A stretch of 64,000 nucleotides of DNA, from IMG/VR virus record IMGVR_UViG_3300034152_000814, positions 1 to 64,000 of that record. One strand, given 5' to 3'. This DNA comes from a virus. Shown here piece after piece: positions 37,409 to 47,391 of the stretch (its first letter is position 1; the number at the start of each line of letters is the position of its first letter). Below the pieces are notes generated by a model. That model ran no database searches. It saw only the letters and a program-made list of their open reading frames with translations, and was not told where the DNA came from. A program made the translations under genes and the position numbers.

Positions 37409-40234
37409 ATGGCGTTCTTCACGATGCTGATCGTCGGGTTGATCCTGAGCGCCGCGAGCCTCGCGCTCTCCGAGATCCTCAAGCCGAAGCCCAACCTCGA
37501 GAACGCCCGACCGGCGGGACTGGGGGACTTCCGGTTCCCGACCGCCGTGGAGGGTCGCCCAGTCCCGATCATCTGGGGGACGGTCAAGCTCGCCGGTCCC
37601 AACGTCGTGTGGTACGGCGACCTGAAGCAGTACCCGATCCGGGAGAAGGTGAAGACGGGACTCTTCAGCTCGAAGCGGATCACGGTCGGGTACCACTACT
37701 ACGTCGGGATCCAGTTCGCGCTCTGCCGCGGCGAGATCGACGAGTTCACCAAGATATACGTCGGCGACAAGCCGCACGCGATCACCTCGGACCGACAGTA
37801 CATCTACAACCCGACGTGGTTCGGCGACAACGGTGGGATGGTTGGCTGGCTCCAGTTCTACCCAGGCACCGAGACGCAGACGGTCGATACCTACCTGACC
37901 GGGAAGCAGAGCCCCCTCCCCGCGTACCGCGGAACATCCTACGCGGTATGGGAAGGCGGCTGGATCGGGGACTCCCCCAACATCCAGGCGTGGTCGTTCG
38001 AGCTCGGGCGCTTCCCGAAGATCTCCGGCAGCGCGTACAAGGTCAACGGAGACAAGGACGCGAACCCGGCGTGCGTCCTCTACGAGATCCTCACGGACGA
38101 TGACTGGGGATTCGGGTTCTCCGCCGCCGACCTCGACGTGACGTCGTTCACGGCCGCGGCGTCCACGCTCGTCACGGAGGGGAACGGCTTCTCATTCATC
38201 CTCGACGGTACGCGCGAGGCGACCGACCTGATGGAGGAAGTCCAGCGGCAGATCGATGGCGTGGTCTACCTCGACCAGACGACCGGGAAATTCACGCTGA
38301 AGCTCGCCCGGGACGATTACGACATCGACCTGGTGCCCGAGGTGGACTCCACGAACCAGATCGAGGTCCGCGAGTTCTCCCACGGGACGTGGGAGGAGAC
38401 GACCAACCAGGTGCGCGTCGGGTTCGTGGACCGTGCCCGGAACTACTTCGAGACGTTCGCCATGGCGACGGACCTGGCGAACCAGCGAATCCAGGGCGGG
38501 CAGCTCGTCAGCGTCCAGCAGCAGTACCCAGGCGTGAAGGACAAGACGCTCGCCGCGTCGATCGCTGCCCGGGAACTCCGGGCGTTGAGTGTCCCGTTGG
38601 CGAAGGCGGAGGTCGTCACGGACCGGAGCATGTGGCAGCTCAAGCCCGGGGACGTCGTCGCGTGGACCGACGAGAACCTCGGCATCGACAAGGTCGCCAT
38701 GCGGGTGAACCGCGTGAACTTCGGGGAGCTCACCAGCGGTCGGATCATCGTCTCGCTGACCCAGGACATCTTCGAGTACACCAGCCCCTTCGACGGGGAA
38801 CCTCCCGACCCGGAGTGGGAACCTCCCGAGGAGGACGTGTCCGCGATCCCGGACACCGAGTCGAAGGTCTTCGAGGCGCCGTACGCATTGATCAGGCGGG
38901 ACGAGGCGTACCCGGACGTCCTCGACCGGATATGGGCCGGCGGGCGCCACCAGGGGACCGGCGAGTACTACATCAAGATCTACCAGCGGAACGCCCCGGG
39001 CGTGCCCAGCGGGAGCTACGTGAATTCCGGGGAGGTCTACGGGTTCCTCCTGATCGGGGAGCTCCGGACGGCGCTGGACGGTTCGGGGACGCAGACCACC
39101 ATCGAGGTCGACCCGAGCCCGGACGCGATCGAGGACCTGGAGGACGCGTTCTCCACGAACGTCTCCGACGGTGACCTCGGGCAGTACCTCGTCAACCTGA
39201 TCATGATCGGTGACGAGTTCTTCCTCGTCAAGGACGTGACCAACCAGACGACGTACCTCGACTTCGACGACGCGTACCGCGCCGTGCTGGACACGGTGCC
39301 CGAGGCGCACTCGGCCGGCGCGGACGTCTGGCTCCTGTTCGTGGCGGGCGGGCTCACGGACGACACGATCCCCCAGACGAACAACGTGGACGTCCAGCTC
39401 CGGTCGGTAAACAGGACGGACGAGGTGACGGAGGCCGAGGCGGACACGATCCAGATCACCATGGCCAACCGCGCGCGGCGCCCCTACCCGCCGGCGCACA
39501 TGGGATTGAACGGCGCCCCCTGGGACGACGACGTGGACGTCGACGACCCGTGGGGGTCCGGGATCGACAACGTGGGGATCGTACTCACGATCCGCAGGCG
39601 CGACTACCGCAACCTCGACGAGGTGGAGAGCCTCGGTGCGGATGCCGCGTCGTTCGTCGCGGACTTCCTCTCCGCGACGAACCACGAGAACCAGGCGACG
39701 CTTACCGACGACCCGGACGGGACGCCCACGCTGATCGAGACGAAGACGTGGTCGACCACGAACGCGTGGGGGTTCAGCCGGACGAAGATCCTCCGGGTTC
39801 TGAACGGCGTCCTGCCGACGCGCATGCGGATGGAGGTCGAGGCTCGGCACGACTACGCGGAGGTCTCGTACGAGGCGCGCGACGTGCTGACCTGGGACTT
39901 CGACGTGTCCTTCTCCGACCTCGTCGACGACTTCAACCTTGGCGTCCTGGCGTACAACGTGACGAGCAACTCCTGGACCGCCCCCGTCGCAGGGACATAC
40001 AACGTGACGCTCGGGGTGGCACTGTCTGGCAACGTGGAGTACCGTCTAAACGGTGGGATGTGGACCGTCGCCGTTACCGCGGGGAACACGGTGGGGGCCT
40101 TGACAGGCGTCGCGGTGAATGATACTATCGAGATTCGTCACCTGGACAACAGTGGGTCCGGGACGACGGAAACGATGTGTCTGGTCAACGCGCCGACGGT
40201 GACGACGGACGCCTATGCGGTTCTGGTGATCTGA
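37409..40234 (+). CDS. host specificity protein (lambda J / GTA g15-like)
   Basis: 941 aa; N-terminal hydrophobic segment plus RPVPIIWGT motif. Confidence 0.75.
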   Translation: MAFFTMLIVGLILSAASLALSEILKPKPNLENARPAGLGDFRFPTAVEGRPVPIIWGTVKLAGPNVVWYGDLKQYPIREKVKTGLFSSKRITVGYHYYVGIQFALCRGEIDEFTKIYVGDKPHAITSDRQYIYNPTWFGDNGGMVGWLQFYPGTETQTVDTYLTGKQSPLPAYRGTSYAVWEGGWIGDSPNIQAWSFELGRFPKISGSAYKVNGDKDANPACVLYEILTDDDWGFGFSAADLDVTSFTAAASTLVTEGNGFSFILDGTREATDLMEEVQRQIDGVVYLDQTTGKFTLKLARDDYDIDLVPEVDSTNQIEVREFSHGTWEETTNQVRVGFVDRARNYFETFAMATDLANQRIQGGQLVSVQQQYPGVKDKTLAASIAARELRALSVPLAKAEVVTDRSMWQLKPGDVVAWTDENLGIDKVAMRVNRVNFGELTSGRIIVSLTQDIFEYTSPFDGEPPDPEWEPPEEDVSAIPDTESKVFEAPYALIRRDEAYPDVLDRIWAGGRHQGTGEYYIKIYQRNAPGVPSGSYVNSGEVYGFLLIGELRTALDGSGTQTTIEVDPSPDAIEDLEDAFSTNVSDGDLGQYLVNLIMIGDEFFLVKDVTNQTTYLDFDDAYRAVLDTVPEAHSAGADVWLLFVAGGLTDDTIPQTNNVDVQLRSVNRTDEVTEAEADTIQITMANRARRPYPPAHMGLNGAPWDDDVDVDDPWGSGIDNVGIVLTIRRRDYRNLDEVESLGADAASFVADFLSATNHENQATLTDDPDGTPTLIETKTWSTTNAWGFSRTKILRVLNGVLPTRMRMEVEARHDYAEVSYEARDVLTWDFDVSFSDLVDDFNLGVLAYNVTSNSWTAPVAGTYNVTLGVALSGNVEYRLNGGMWTVAVTAGNTVGALTGVAVNDTIEIRHLDNSGSGTTETMCLVNAPTVTTDAYAVLVI

Positions 40235-40506
40235 TGCCGAACTTCTCGCGAGCCGAGCTTCAAGCGATCGTGGCGGAGGCCGCGGAGACGGCGTCCGAGC
40301 GTACCGTCGAGAAAACACTCCGCGGTCTCGGCGTCGACGTCGATAACCCGTTGGAGATGCAGCAGGACTTCCAGAGCCTACGGGAGTTCCGCAAGCTGAT
40401 GGGTCTCGCCCGTCGCAAGGTGTTTCTCACGCTCCTCGGCCTCGTGGTCGTCGGGCTGGTCGCCGCGGCCGGCGCGTACGTCAAGTTCTACGTCCTCGGC
40501 CGGTAA
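40234..40506 (+). CDS. small membrane protein (holin candidate)
   Basis: C-terminal TM VFLTLLGLVVVGLVAAAGAY; TGATG coupling. Confidence 0.4.
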   Translation: MPNFSRAELQAIVAEAAETASERTVEKTLRGLGVDVDNPLEMQQDFQSLREFRKLMGLARRKVFLTLLGLVVVGLVAAAGAYVKFYVLGR

Positions 40507-40518
40507 GAGAAGGGATTC

Positions 40519-41883
40519 TTGATGGCTAAGCGCACACGTGGGAAGAATATACCTACCGACAAGGTCGACGAGATCGTCCGTCTCCGGAAGCGCGGTCTCA
40601 GCACGCGCGAGATCGGGAAGGAGGTTGGAACGGACGCCGGTACGGTATCTCGCGTCGTGGAGAAGTACATGCCTAACGGCGGCGCGAAGGGAGGTCCCCC
40701 ACCTGACGATATGGAGGTTGGGAAGATCTACGATCGCCTCGACGTGGACGGTTCCGTCGAGATCCTCACTGCCGACCACGTGATGAGCGAGGAGGAGATG
40801 ATCCGCCTCTGCAAGCTCGATCCCAAGAAGTGGATCCCCCAGTTCTACCGCGGCAACGTCTGGCAGAACTTCTACCGGAACAAGGAGAGGACCGGGCACC
40901 GCAAGGTCGCCCTCTGCCAGAGCCGGATCGTGTGCAAGCGCGTGATCACGGAGCAGCTCGAGGAAGCGATCCACGCGTTCATAAAGGAATTCGGACCGAA
41001 GCCCCTCCCGAAACCGAAAATCGGGCGCCGTAAGCGAAAAACGAAGAAGGGGCAGATGGTCTCCTGGGGCATGTGGGACGCCCACGTCGGGTCGTACGCC
41101 TGGAACAGGGAATGCCCGGACAGCTGGGACGTCGACACGGCGTGCAACCGCGTGTGCCATTCCGTTGACGAGATGGTGGAGGAGCTCCAGGACTACCCGG
41201 TGCAGAAGATCCTCATGCCGATCGGAAATGACTTCATGCACTTCGACAGCGTCAGGCTCACCACGGCCTTCGGTGACCATTTCCTGGACACCGACACGCG
41301 CTACGCCCGGGTGTACCAGGCGGCGCTGATCTGCCTGTCGTACCAGGTGGAGAGGGCGCTGGAGATCTGCGACGACGTCGAGCTCCTGTACGTCCCGGGG
41401 AACCACGACACGACGTCGAGCTTCACCTTGACGGTGGCGCTCGCCCAGCGGTACCGGAACGACCCTCGGATCTCGGCGGACCTCGCCATGAACCCGAGGA
41501 AGTACCGGCTCTGGGGCGGCGTGCTCCTCGGGTTCGACCACGGGCGGGACGCGACGCCCGACAGGCTCGCCCAGGCCCTCGCGGAGGAGGCGATCGAGTA
41601 CTGGTCGAGGTCGACCTACCGTGAGATCCAGGTGGGCGACAAGCATCGGAAGTGGGAGAAGAGATACGAGGCGACGATCCCGACGAACGGCGTCACGATC
41701 TACCGCCACCCGGCGCTCTGCAATACCGACGCGTGGCACCACCGCCACGCGTTCGTCGGCGAGCCGATGAAGAGCGTGGAGGCCCGTCGCTACGACCACG
41801 TCGGGCTACGGGGGACGCACGTCACATGGGCCCGGGACGACGACCACGCGCGCGTGAAGGGTGCGCTGAAGCGTATCACGTAG
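40519..41883 (+). CDS. HTH domain + calcineurin-like metallophosphoesterase
   Basis: N-terminal RLRKRGLSTREIGKEVGTDAGTVSRV; LLYVPGNHD phosphoesterase motif. Confidence 0.6.
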   Translation: MMAKRTRGKNIPTDKVDEIVRLRKRGLSTREIGKEVGTDAGTVSRVVEKYMPNGGAKGGPPPDDMEVGKIYDRLDVDGSVEILTADHVMSEEEMIRLCKLDPKKWIPQFYRGNVWQNFYRNKERTGHRKVALCQSRIVCKRVITEQLEEAIHAFIKEFGPKPLPKPKIGRRKRKTKKGQMVSWGMWDAHVGSYAWNRECPDSWDVDTACNRVCHSVDEMVEELQDYPVQKILMPIGNDFMHFDSVRLTTAFGDHFLDTDTRYARVYQAALICLSYQVERALEICDDVELLYVPGNHDTTSSFTLTVALAQRYRNDPRISADLAMNPRKYRLWGGVLLGFDHGRDATPDRLAQALAEEAIEYWSRSTYREIQVGDKHRKWEKRYEATIPTNGVTIYRHPALCNTDAWHHRHAFVGEPMKSVEARRYDHVGLRGTHVTWARDDDHARVKGALKRIT

Positions 41884-41910
41884 TAAGTTCCTGAACTGAA
41901 GGGAGATGGA

Positions 41911-42231
41911 ATGGCAGGTCAAGCACCGATTCTCAAGCTCCGCTCCGGCGCGCTCCAGGTCGCCGCGTGGAAGAACACCGGCGAGAAGGGCGACTGGTTC
42001 TCGGTCAAGCTCGAGAAGAGCTACAAGGACGCCCAGGGCAACTGGCAGCGGACCCAGAGCCTCACGAACCGGGACCTCCTCGCCGCGGCACGACTCCTCG
42101 AGACCGCCTGGGACTACCTGAGCGCCCACATCACGATCGAGGGGAAGGACCAGCACCCCGTGGGCTTCACGCCCCGGACGGGCGGACAAGTTCGCGCACC
42201 GCAACCGCAGGGTGACGACTGCCCGTTCTGA
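41911..42231 (+). CDS. hypothetical protein
   Basis: RBS gaagggagatgg. Confidence 0.5.
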   Translation: MAGQAPILKLRSGALQVAAWKNTGEKGDWFSVKLEKSYKDAQGNWQRTQSLTNRDLLAAARLLETAWDYLSAHITIEGKDQHPVGFTPRTGGQVRAPQPQGDDCPF

Positions 42232-42322
42232 GTGGTATGATGGGAGGTACATTCCATCCTCCCTTCACCGGGTCCGGGGCGGAGGTGCGCTCCGGACCCA
42301 CCTTTGATTACCGGAGAAAATC

Positions 42323-42550
42323 ATGGTAGTAGGATGCAGGGAGCTCTCCGAAGCCTTCGACGACTACCCCGGGTGCTGCGACTCGTGTCACGAGGACGAG
42401 GCCGAGTTCGGGTACGACATGTGCGAAGCCACGATCGGGACCGTCCTCGTGCGGGCGTGCTGCCGCGTCGTGAACTGGATCCACGGCACGGAGAGGGCCT
42501 GGGAGCAGGAGATCCTTGATTATGTCAACGCCAACCGAGAAGATCTGTAG
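42323..42550 (+). CDS. Cys-rich small protein
   Basis: GCCDSCHED ... CCRVV. Confidence 0.45.
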   Translation: MVVGCRELSEAFDDYPGCCDSCHEDEAEFGYDMCEATIGTVLVRACCRVVNWIHGTERAWEQEILDYVNANREDL

Positions 42551-43046
42551 GTCCACCGATTACTTCACGCCGCCGCGTATCCTGGATCCGGTGAGGGAGT
42601 ACTTCGGGGGTCGCATCGATCTCGACCCCGCCACGACGTGGGAGAATCCGACCGGCGCGAGGCGCATCCATACGCCCGCCAATTCCGGGCTCGACGCCCA
42701 GTGGATCCCCTACCGCGTCTTCGTCAATCCCCCGTACGGCAGGGTCCTCCGGCGATGGGTGGGGAAGATCTACGAGGAGTCCCGGAAGGGCTGCGAGATC
42801 GTCGCCCTCCTGCCCGGGCAGCGGTTCGAACAGAAGTATTGGCAGGTCGAGGTCTTCAACCCTACCTTGATCGGGTTCTGTATGGTACGGAAGCGCGTCT
42901 CGTTCCTGCGACCCGACGGGACGGTAGCCAAGGGGAACCCGTACGGTAGCTTCGTCTATCTGTATAATGGGGATTTCACGCGGTTCGAGAAGGCGTTCTC
43001 CGAGGTCGGACTCTGCATCCGGATCGACTACGACGATGAGATTTAA
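42522..43046 (+). CDS. phage Dam-type N6-adenine DNA methyltransferase (T1 Dam-like)
   Basis: DYFTPPRILDPVREYFGGRIDLDPA and VFVNPPYG. Confidence 0.8.
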   Translation: MSTPTEKICRSTDYFTPPRILDPVREYFGGRIDLDPATTWENPTGARRIHTPANSGLDAQWIPYRVFVNPPYGRVLRRWVGKIYEESRKGCEIVALLPGQRFEQKYWQVEVFNPTLIGFCMVRKRVSFLRPDGTVAKGNPYGSFVYLYNGDFTRFEKAFSEVGLCIRIDYDDEI

Positions 43047-44508
43047 GACCGAACCCTTCGCACACCAGCGCGAGGAGTGGGATCTCAGCCGGGACTTCGA
43101 GACGCGCGCGTTGTTCTGGGAGATGGGCACCGGGAAGTCCAAGACCACGATCGACACCGCCGCGCACCTCTACGAGACCGGCAAGATCGACGCCTTCCTC
43201 GTCGTGGCTCCCAACGGCGTCCACACGAACTGGGTGAACGACGAGCTACCGGCGCACATGCCCAACGAGGTCCCGTTGCGGGCCTTCGCGTACTCCTCGA
43301 AGCGAGCGAAGACGAAGAAGCACCAGCGCGCGATAGACGCCGTGCTCCACCACGACGGGCTCGCCTTCCTCGGCATGTCCTATAGCGGGATTATGACGAA
43401 GGCGGGTCGGGCGTTCGCCAGGAAGTTCCTCGAGCGGCGGAAGGTCTTCTACGTTCTCGACGAGAGCCAGCGAATCAAGACGCCCGGCGCCAAGCGGACG
43501 AAGGCGCTGATCGCCTCGGGCAAGCTGGCGACCCACAAGCGGATCCTCACAGGGACGCCGATCACCAAGAACCCATTCGACGTCTACACGCAGCTCCGGT
43601 TCCTGGACGCCGATTTCTGGAAGGCGCACGGCTTCGCGTCGTTCCAGGCGTTCAAGACTCATTTCGGGATCTGGCAGGAGCGGATCAACGGCGCCACGGG
43701 GCAGCGGTTCCCGGACCTCGTCGCCTTCCGGGACCTGCCGCGGCTCAAGGAGATCGTGGGAACCATCGCGTCGAGGATCACGAAGGACGAGGTCCTCGAC
43801 CTGCCGCCGAAGCTCTACTCGAAGCGGTACTTCGACCTGAGCTCGGAGCAGGCGCGCCTCTACCGGGAACTCCGCGACGAGTACATCACGTTCCTCGGTT
43901 CCGGTGAGATGGTGACCGCTCCCATGGCGATCACCCGCCTCCTACGGCTCCAGCAGGTGCTATGCGGCTACCTGCCCGGGGACGACTCCGATCGCCTGAC
44001 GCTCCTCGACGAGAATCCTCGCCTCGATCTGCTCCGCGAGATCGTGAACGACCTGGACAAGGCGGCCATCATCTGGGCCCGGTTCCGGCAGGACGTGGAC
44101 CAGATATGCGGACTGCTCGGGGATCGGTGCGTCCGGTACGACGGCAAGGTCGGCGAGGACGACCGGGAACTCGCGAAGCGGCGCTTCCAGGGAGGCGACG
44201 TCCAGTTCTTCGTCGGTAATCCCGCGGCGGCGGCTACCGGACTCACGCTGCACGCGGCGAGCACCGCGATCTACTACTCGAACTCGTTCGACCTGGAGCA
44301 CCGCCTCCAGTCGGAGGACCGGAACCACCGGATCGGGCAGGACGGCGAGATCATCACGGTGGACGAGGACGGGAACCCCGTTGTGGGCGTGAGCTACATC
44401 GACGTCCTCGCCCACGGGACCGTCGGGCCCTACATCGTGCGGGCCCTCCGGAACAAGAGGAACGTCGCCGCGGAGATCACGGGGGACGAGCTTGCATCCT
44501 GGCTCTGA
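43036..44508 (+). CDS. SNF2-family helicase
   Basis: Walker A MGTGKSKT, DESQRIKT, helicase-C RNHRIGQ. Confidence 0.85.
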   Translation: MRFKTEPFAHQREEWDLSRDFETRALFWEMGTGKSKTTIDTAAHLYETGKIDAFLVVAPNGVHTNWVNDELPAHMPNEVPLRAFAYSSKRAKTKKHQRAIDAVLHHDGLAFLGMSYSGIMTKAGRAFARKFLERRKVFYVLDESQRIKTPGAKRTKALIASGKLATHKRILTGTPITKNPFDVYTQLRFLDADFWKAHGFASFQAFKTHFGIWQERINGATGQRFPDLVAFRDLPRLKEIVGTIASRITKDEVLDLPPKLYSKRYFDLSSEQARLYRELRDEYITFLGSGEMVTAPMAITRLLRLQQVLCGYLPGDDSDRLTLLDENPRLDLLREIVNDLDKAAIIWARFRQDVDQICGLLGDRCVRYDGKVGEDDRELAKRRFQGGDVQFFVGNPAAAATGLTLHAASTAIYYSNSFDLEHRLQSEDRNHRIGQDGEIITVDEDGNPVVGVSYIDVLAHGTVGPYIVRALRNKRNVAAEITGDELASWL

Positions 44509-44530
44509 CGTGGTACAATGGTGGCGTGGA

Positions 44531-45109
44531 ATGACGGTTGAGGTCGCAACTCCGGAGGCTGGAATGGATTACGGTGAAGATAGCAGGACCCCCACCAACG
44601 AGGAAACCGGCAACCTTTTCGCCCTCGTCAAGGAGCTCGTCACGATGGACGTGGAGATCGCGGACCTCGAGGAGCAGCTCAAGGAAGCGAAGCGCGTCCG
44701 CAAGGAGCTCGCCGAGGAGCGGATCCCAGCGGTGATGGAGGACGTCGGGATGGAGGTCGGTGAGGGGATCTCGCTGAAGGACGGGCGCTGGCTCCTGTTG
44801 GAGGAGGCCGTTCACACGAGCATCACGAAGGCGAACCAGGCGGCGGCGTTCAAGTGGCTCGACGAGAACGGGCACGGCGGCATGATCAAGCGCGCCGTCG
44901 TGGTCTCCTTCAACCGGGACCAGGAGGAGGAGGCCCGGGAGCTTCAGAATTCGATCCGGAACTCGTACCCCGGCGTGAAGGAGGAGGGACGGATCGAATC
45001 GTCGACCCTCAAGGCGTGGGGCCGGCAGATGCACGACGAAGAGGTCGAGCTTCCGCCGAGCATATCGGTCCATGCCCAGAAGGTCGCGAAGATCAAGAAG
45101 AACCGATAA
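44531..45109 (+). CDS. coiled-coil hypothetical protein
   Basis: 192 aa; Glu/Lys-rich. Confidence 0.5.
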   Translation: MTVEVATPEAGMDYGEDSRTPTNEETGNLFALVKELVTMDVEIADLEEQLKEAKRVRKELAEERIPAVMEDVGMEVGEGISLKDGRWLLLEEAVHTSITKANQAAAFKWLDENGHGGMIKRAVVVSFNRDQEEEARELQNSIRNSYPGVKEEGRIESSTLKAWGRQMHDEEVELPPSISVHAQKVAKIKKNR

Positions 45110-45158
45110 CGAGAACGAGCGTACCGAGTATTCAACTTCAACGAGAAAGGAACCAATC

Positions 45159-45971
45159 ATGGCGAAGAAGAAGAACCAGGAAGTCGCAACCACGGAGCCG
45201 AAGGACGTCGTGAAGTTCGACTACGGCGAGGATGCCGGGCTGGGGTACGAGGGACAGACGGCTCAGGACCTCACGATCCCGTTCCTCGTCCTGCTCCAGT
45301 CGCAGTCGAAGCAGGTCGTCGGCGATCCCGGGGAGAAGGTCGAGGGCGCCGAGGCCGGCAAGTTCCTCAAGGCGGACACGGACGACGTCATCGACGGCCG
45401 GATCGACGTCGTGATCTCGCTCTTCGAGCACTGCTTCGTGGAGTGGATCCCCAGGAACCAGGGAGGCGGACTCGTCGGGCGACACGGGCTCCACGACCCG
45501 ATCATCACGGAGGCGAAGGCCAACGCGGAGCGGTTCGGGGAGTACAAGCACCCGAAGACCGGGAACGACCTCGTCGAGACGTACTACGCGTTCGGCGTGC
45601 TCGCCGCGACGGCCGAGCCGATCGTCCTTGCCTTCACGTCCATGAAGATCAAGCCGTTCCGCACGTGGAACACGGCGATCAACAAGGTGACGTACAAGGA
45701 TCAGCAGGGGAACAAGAGGAAGCCCCCTCGGTTCGCCTTCCTGTCCACCCTGTCCGCGGTGCCCGACAAGGCGCAGGGCTACAATTTCTTCAACGTGAAG
45801 CTGGAGCCCACGAAGAACGCGATCGACAGTATGCTCGATCCAAGCGATCCGCGCTACCAGGCTGCGAAGGCGGTCTACGACGCGTACACCGCCGGCAACG
45901 TCAAGATCGACGAGGAGCAGCAGGCTTCCCGATCCTCCGCGGGTGACGACGACGGCGACGGAGTATTCTGA
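45159..45971 (+). CDS. hypothetical protein with SSB-like acidic C-terminal tail
   Basis: ends GDDDGDGVF; RBS gagaaaggaa. Confidence 0.5.
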   Translation: MAKKKNQEVATTEPKDVVKFDYGEDAGLGYEGQTAQDLTIPFLVLLQSQSKQVVGDPGEKVEGAEAGKFLKADTDDVIDGRIDVVISLFEHCFVEWIPRNQGGGLVGRHGLHDPIITEAKANAERFGEYKHPKTGNDLVETYYAFGVLAATAEPIVLAFTSMKIKPFRTWNTAINKVTYKDQQGNKRKPPRFAFLSTLSAVPDKAQGYNFFNVKLEPTKNAIDSMLDPSDPRYQAAKAVYDAYTAGNVKIDEEQQASRSSAGDDDGDGVF

Positions 45972-46014
45972 CACCCAATTCCCAAGCGAGGCGGCCTGAC
46001 CCACCGCCTATACG

Positions 46015-46038
46015 CCCGGGGGGTGCGCACCCCCCGGG
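46015..46038. repeat. perfect 24-bp palindrome CCCGGGGGGTGC|GCACCCCCCGGG
   Basis: read directly; sits at the boundary of the AT-richer island. Confidence 0.9.
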
Positions 46039-46057
46039 CCCCTTCCTTGAAAGGATA

Positions 46058-46873
46058 GTGATGCGCTCATTCTTCCGGTACCCTGGAGGTAAAGCGAAGC
46101 TGTACGCGCCGATTGCCGCCGCACTTCGGCGCGTGGCTCCTGTCGCCACACGATACGTTGAGCCGTTCTTCGGTGGTGGGAGCATCGGTATTCGCTTCCT
46201 GACAGAAGCGCCGGGAATTGTGTCGGCGGAGCTCAACGATCGGAACGACGCGCTTATCGCACTCTGGCGAAGCGTTCAGAAGTTCCCGAACGCCCTGAAC
46301 CGATGCATAACAGATTTCGTACCGACCCCGGACGCTTTCTATGAAATACGGGAAATTCTTCTCGATGTTGAGCGGCGTCAGTCCATTCCGTTGGTTCGTC
46401 GAGGTTTCTTCGAGCTGGTAATCCACCAAATATCATATTCCGGCCTCGGTGTGAAGTCCGGTAGCCCGCTTGGGGGGCGGGCGCAGGCGTCCAAGTACAA
46501 GATCGATTGCCGGTGGTCCCCGGACTACCTATGCCGACGGATACACGAGCTCCATCAGCTATTCAACTCGCTGCGCGTGGTGTTCACGTCTCAACATTTT
46601 AGCGCGTGCCTCCCGACCAGTCCGGATTCGGTTACGTACTTGGATCCCCCCTACTACCATCGCGGTAATGATCTGTATCAATTCGGTTTCACCCAAATGG
46701 ACCACGAGGAACTCGCCGCCCTCCTTCGACGTGGACCTAACTGGGTCCTATCGTACGATGACTGTGAAGAGATCCGTGATCTCTATTCATGGGCGAAAAT
46801 CGAGGAACTCGAGACGAACTACTCCATCACGACGGCACGTCGCCGTAGAGAAATCTTAATCACATGGCGATAA
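46058..46873 (+). CDS. D12-class (Dam-like) N6-adenine DNA methyltransferase
   Basis: YPGGK, EPFFGGGS, DPPYY motifs; AT-richer than the flanks. Confidence 0.85.
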   Translation: MMRSFFRYPGGKAKLYAPIAAALRRVAPVATRYVEPFFGGGSIGIRFLTEAPGIVSAELNDRNDALIALWRSVQKFPNALNRCITDFVPTPDAFYEIREILLDVERRQSIPLVRRGFFELVIHQISYSGLGVKSGSPLGGRAQASKYKIDCRWSPDYLCRRIHELHQLFNSLRVVFTSQHFSACLPTSPDSVTYLDPPYYHRGNDLYQFGFTQMDHEELAALLRRGPNWVLSYDDCEEIRDLYSWAKIEELETNYSITTARRRREILITWR

Positions 46874-47391
46874 GAGTCACAATATGTCCGGAAGACTACG
46901 CACGATGCGCAGAGTACGCGGAGACGTGCATGTGCGCTAAGAAACGTGGAACTACGTTCAACGAGGGATGCATCAACAACTCACAAGATCCGTACCGGGC
47001 GCAGCGGATTGGGAAGCTCGGGGAAACTGCTTTCGGGCGTCACTTCGGTTACCCCGTTGATTATAAGTATAGGCGATTCGGCGATCGGCAGGATTTTATC
47101 GTTGGAAAGAAACGCGTCGACGTGAAGACATCATCGTATTCTCGCGCGTCTGTCGTTTTCCTGCGCGTCCGTCACTCGAGCGGATCCCCCATCCTGATTC
47201 GGCACGACGTGTATGTCCTCGCACGGCTCGTACACGAGGACCGAGAAGCTCAACAAGCGGTGGTGGATCTTTGCGGTTATTGTACCCGGGAGGACGTCGA
47301 GCGCCTCCCAGAGGTTCCAGCACGGCGTGGACATCACGTCAATATCGAGATACCCTTCAAGGGGCTCCGAAAATTCAGGGAAGAACGATGA
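46864..47391 (+). CDS. candidate PD-(D/E)XK nuclease
   Basis: GETAF ... QDFIVG ... VDVKT spacing fits E / D / (D/E)xK; overlaps the MTase stop. Confidence 0.45.
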   Translation: MAIRVTICPEDYARCAEYAETCMCAKKRGTTFNEGCINNSQDPYRAQRIGKLGETAFGRHFGYPVDYKYRRFGDRQDFIVGKKRVDVKTSSYSRASVVFLRVRHSSGSPILIRHDVYVLARLVHEDREAQQAVVDLCGYCTREDVERLPEVPARRGHHVNIEIPFKGLRKFREER

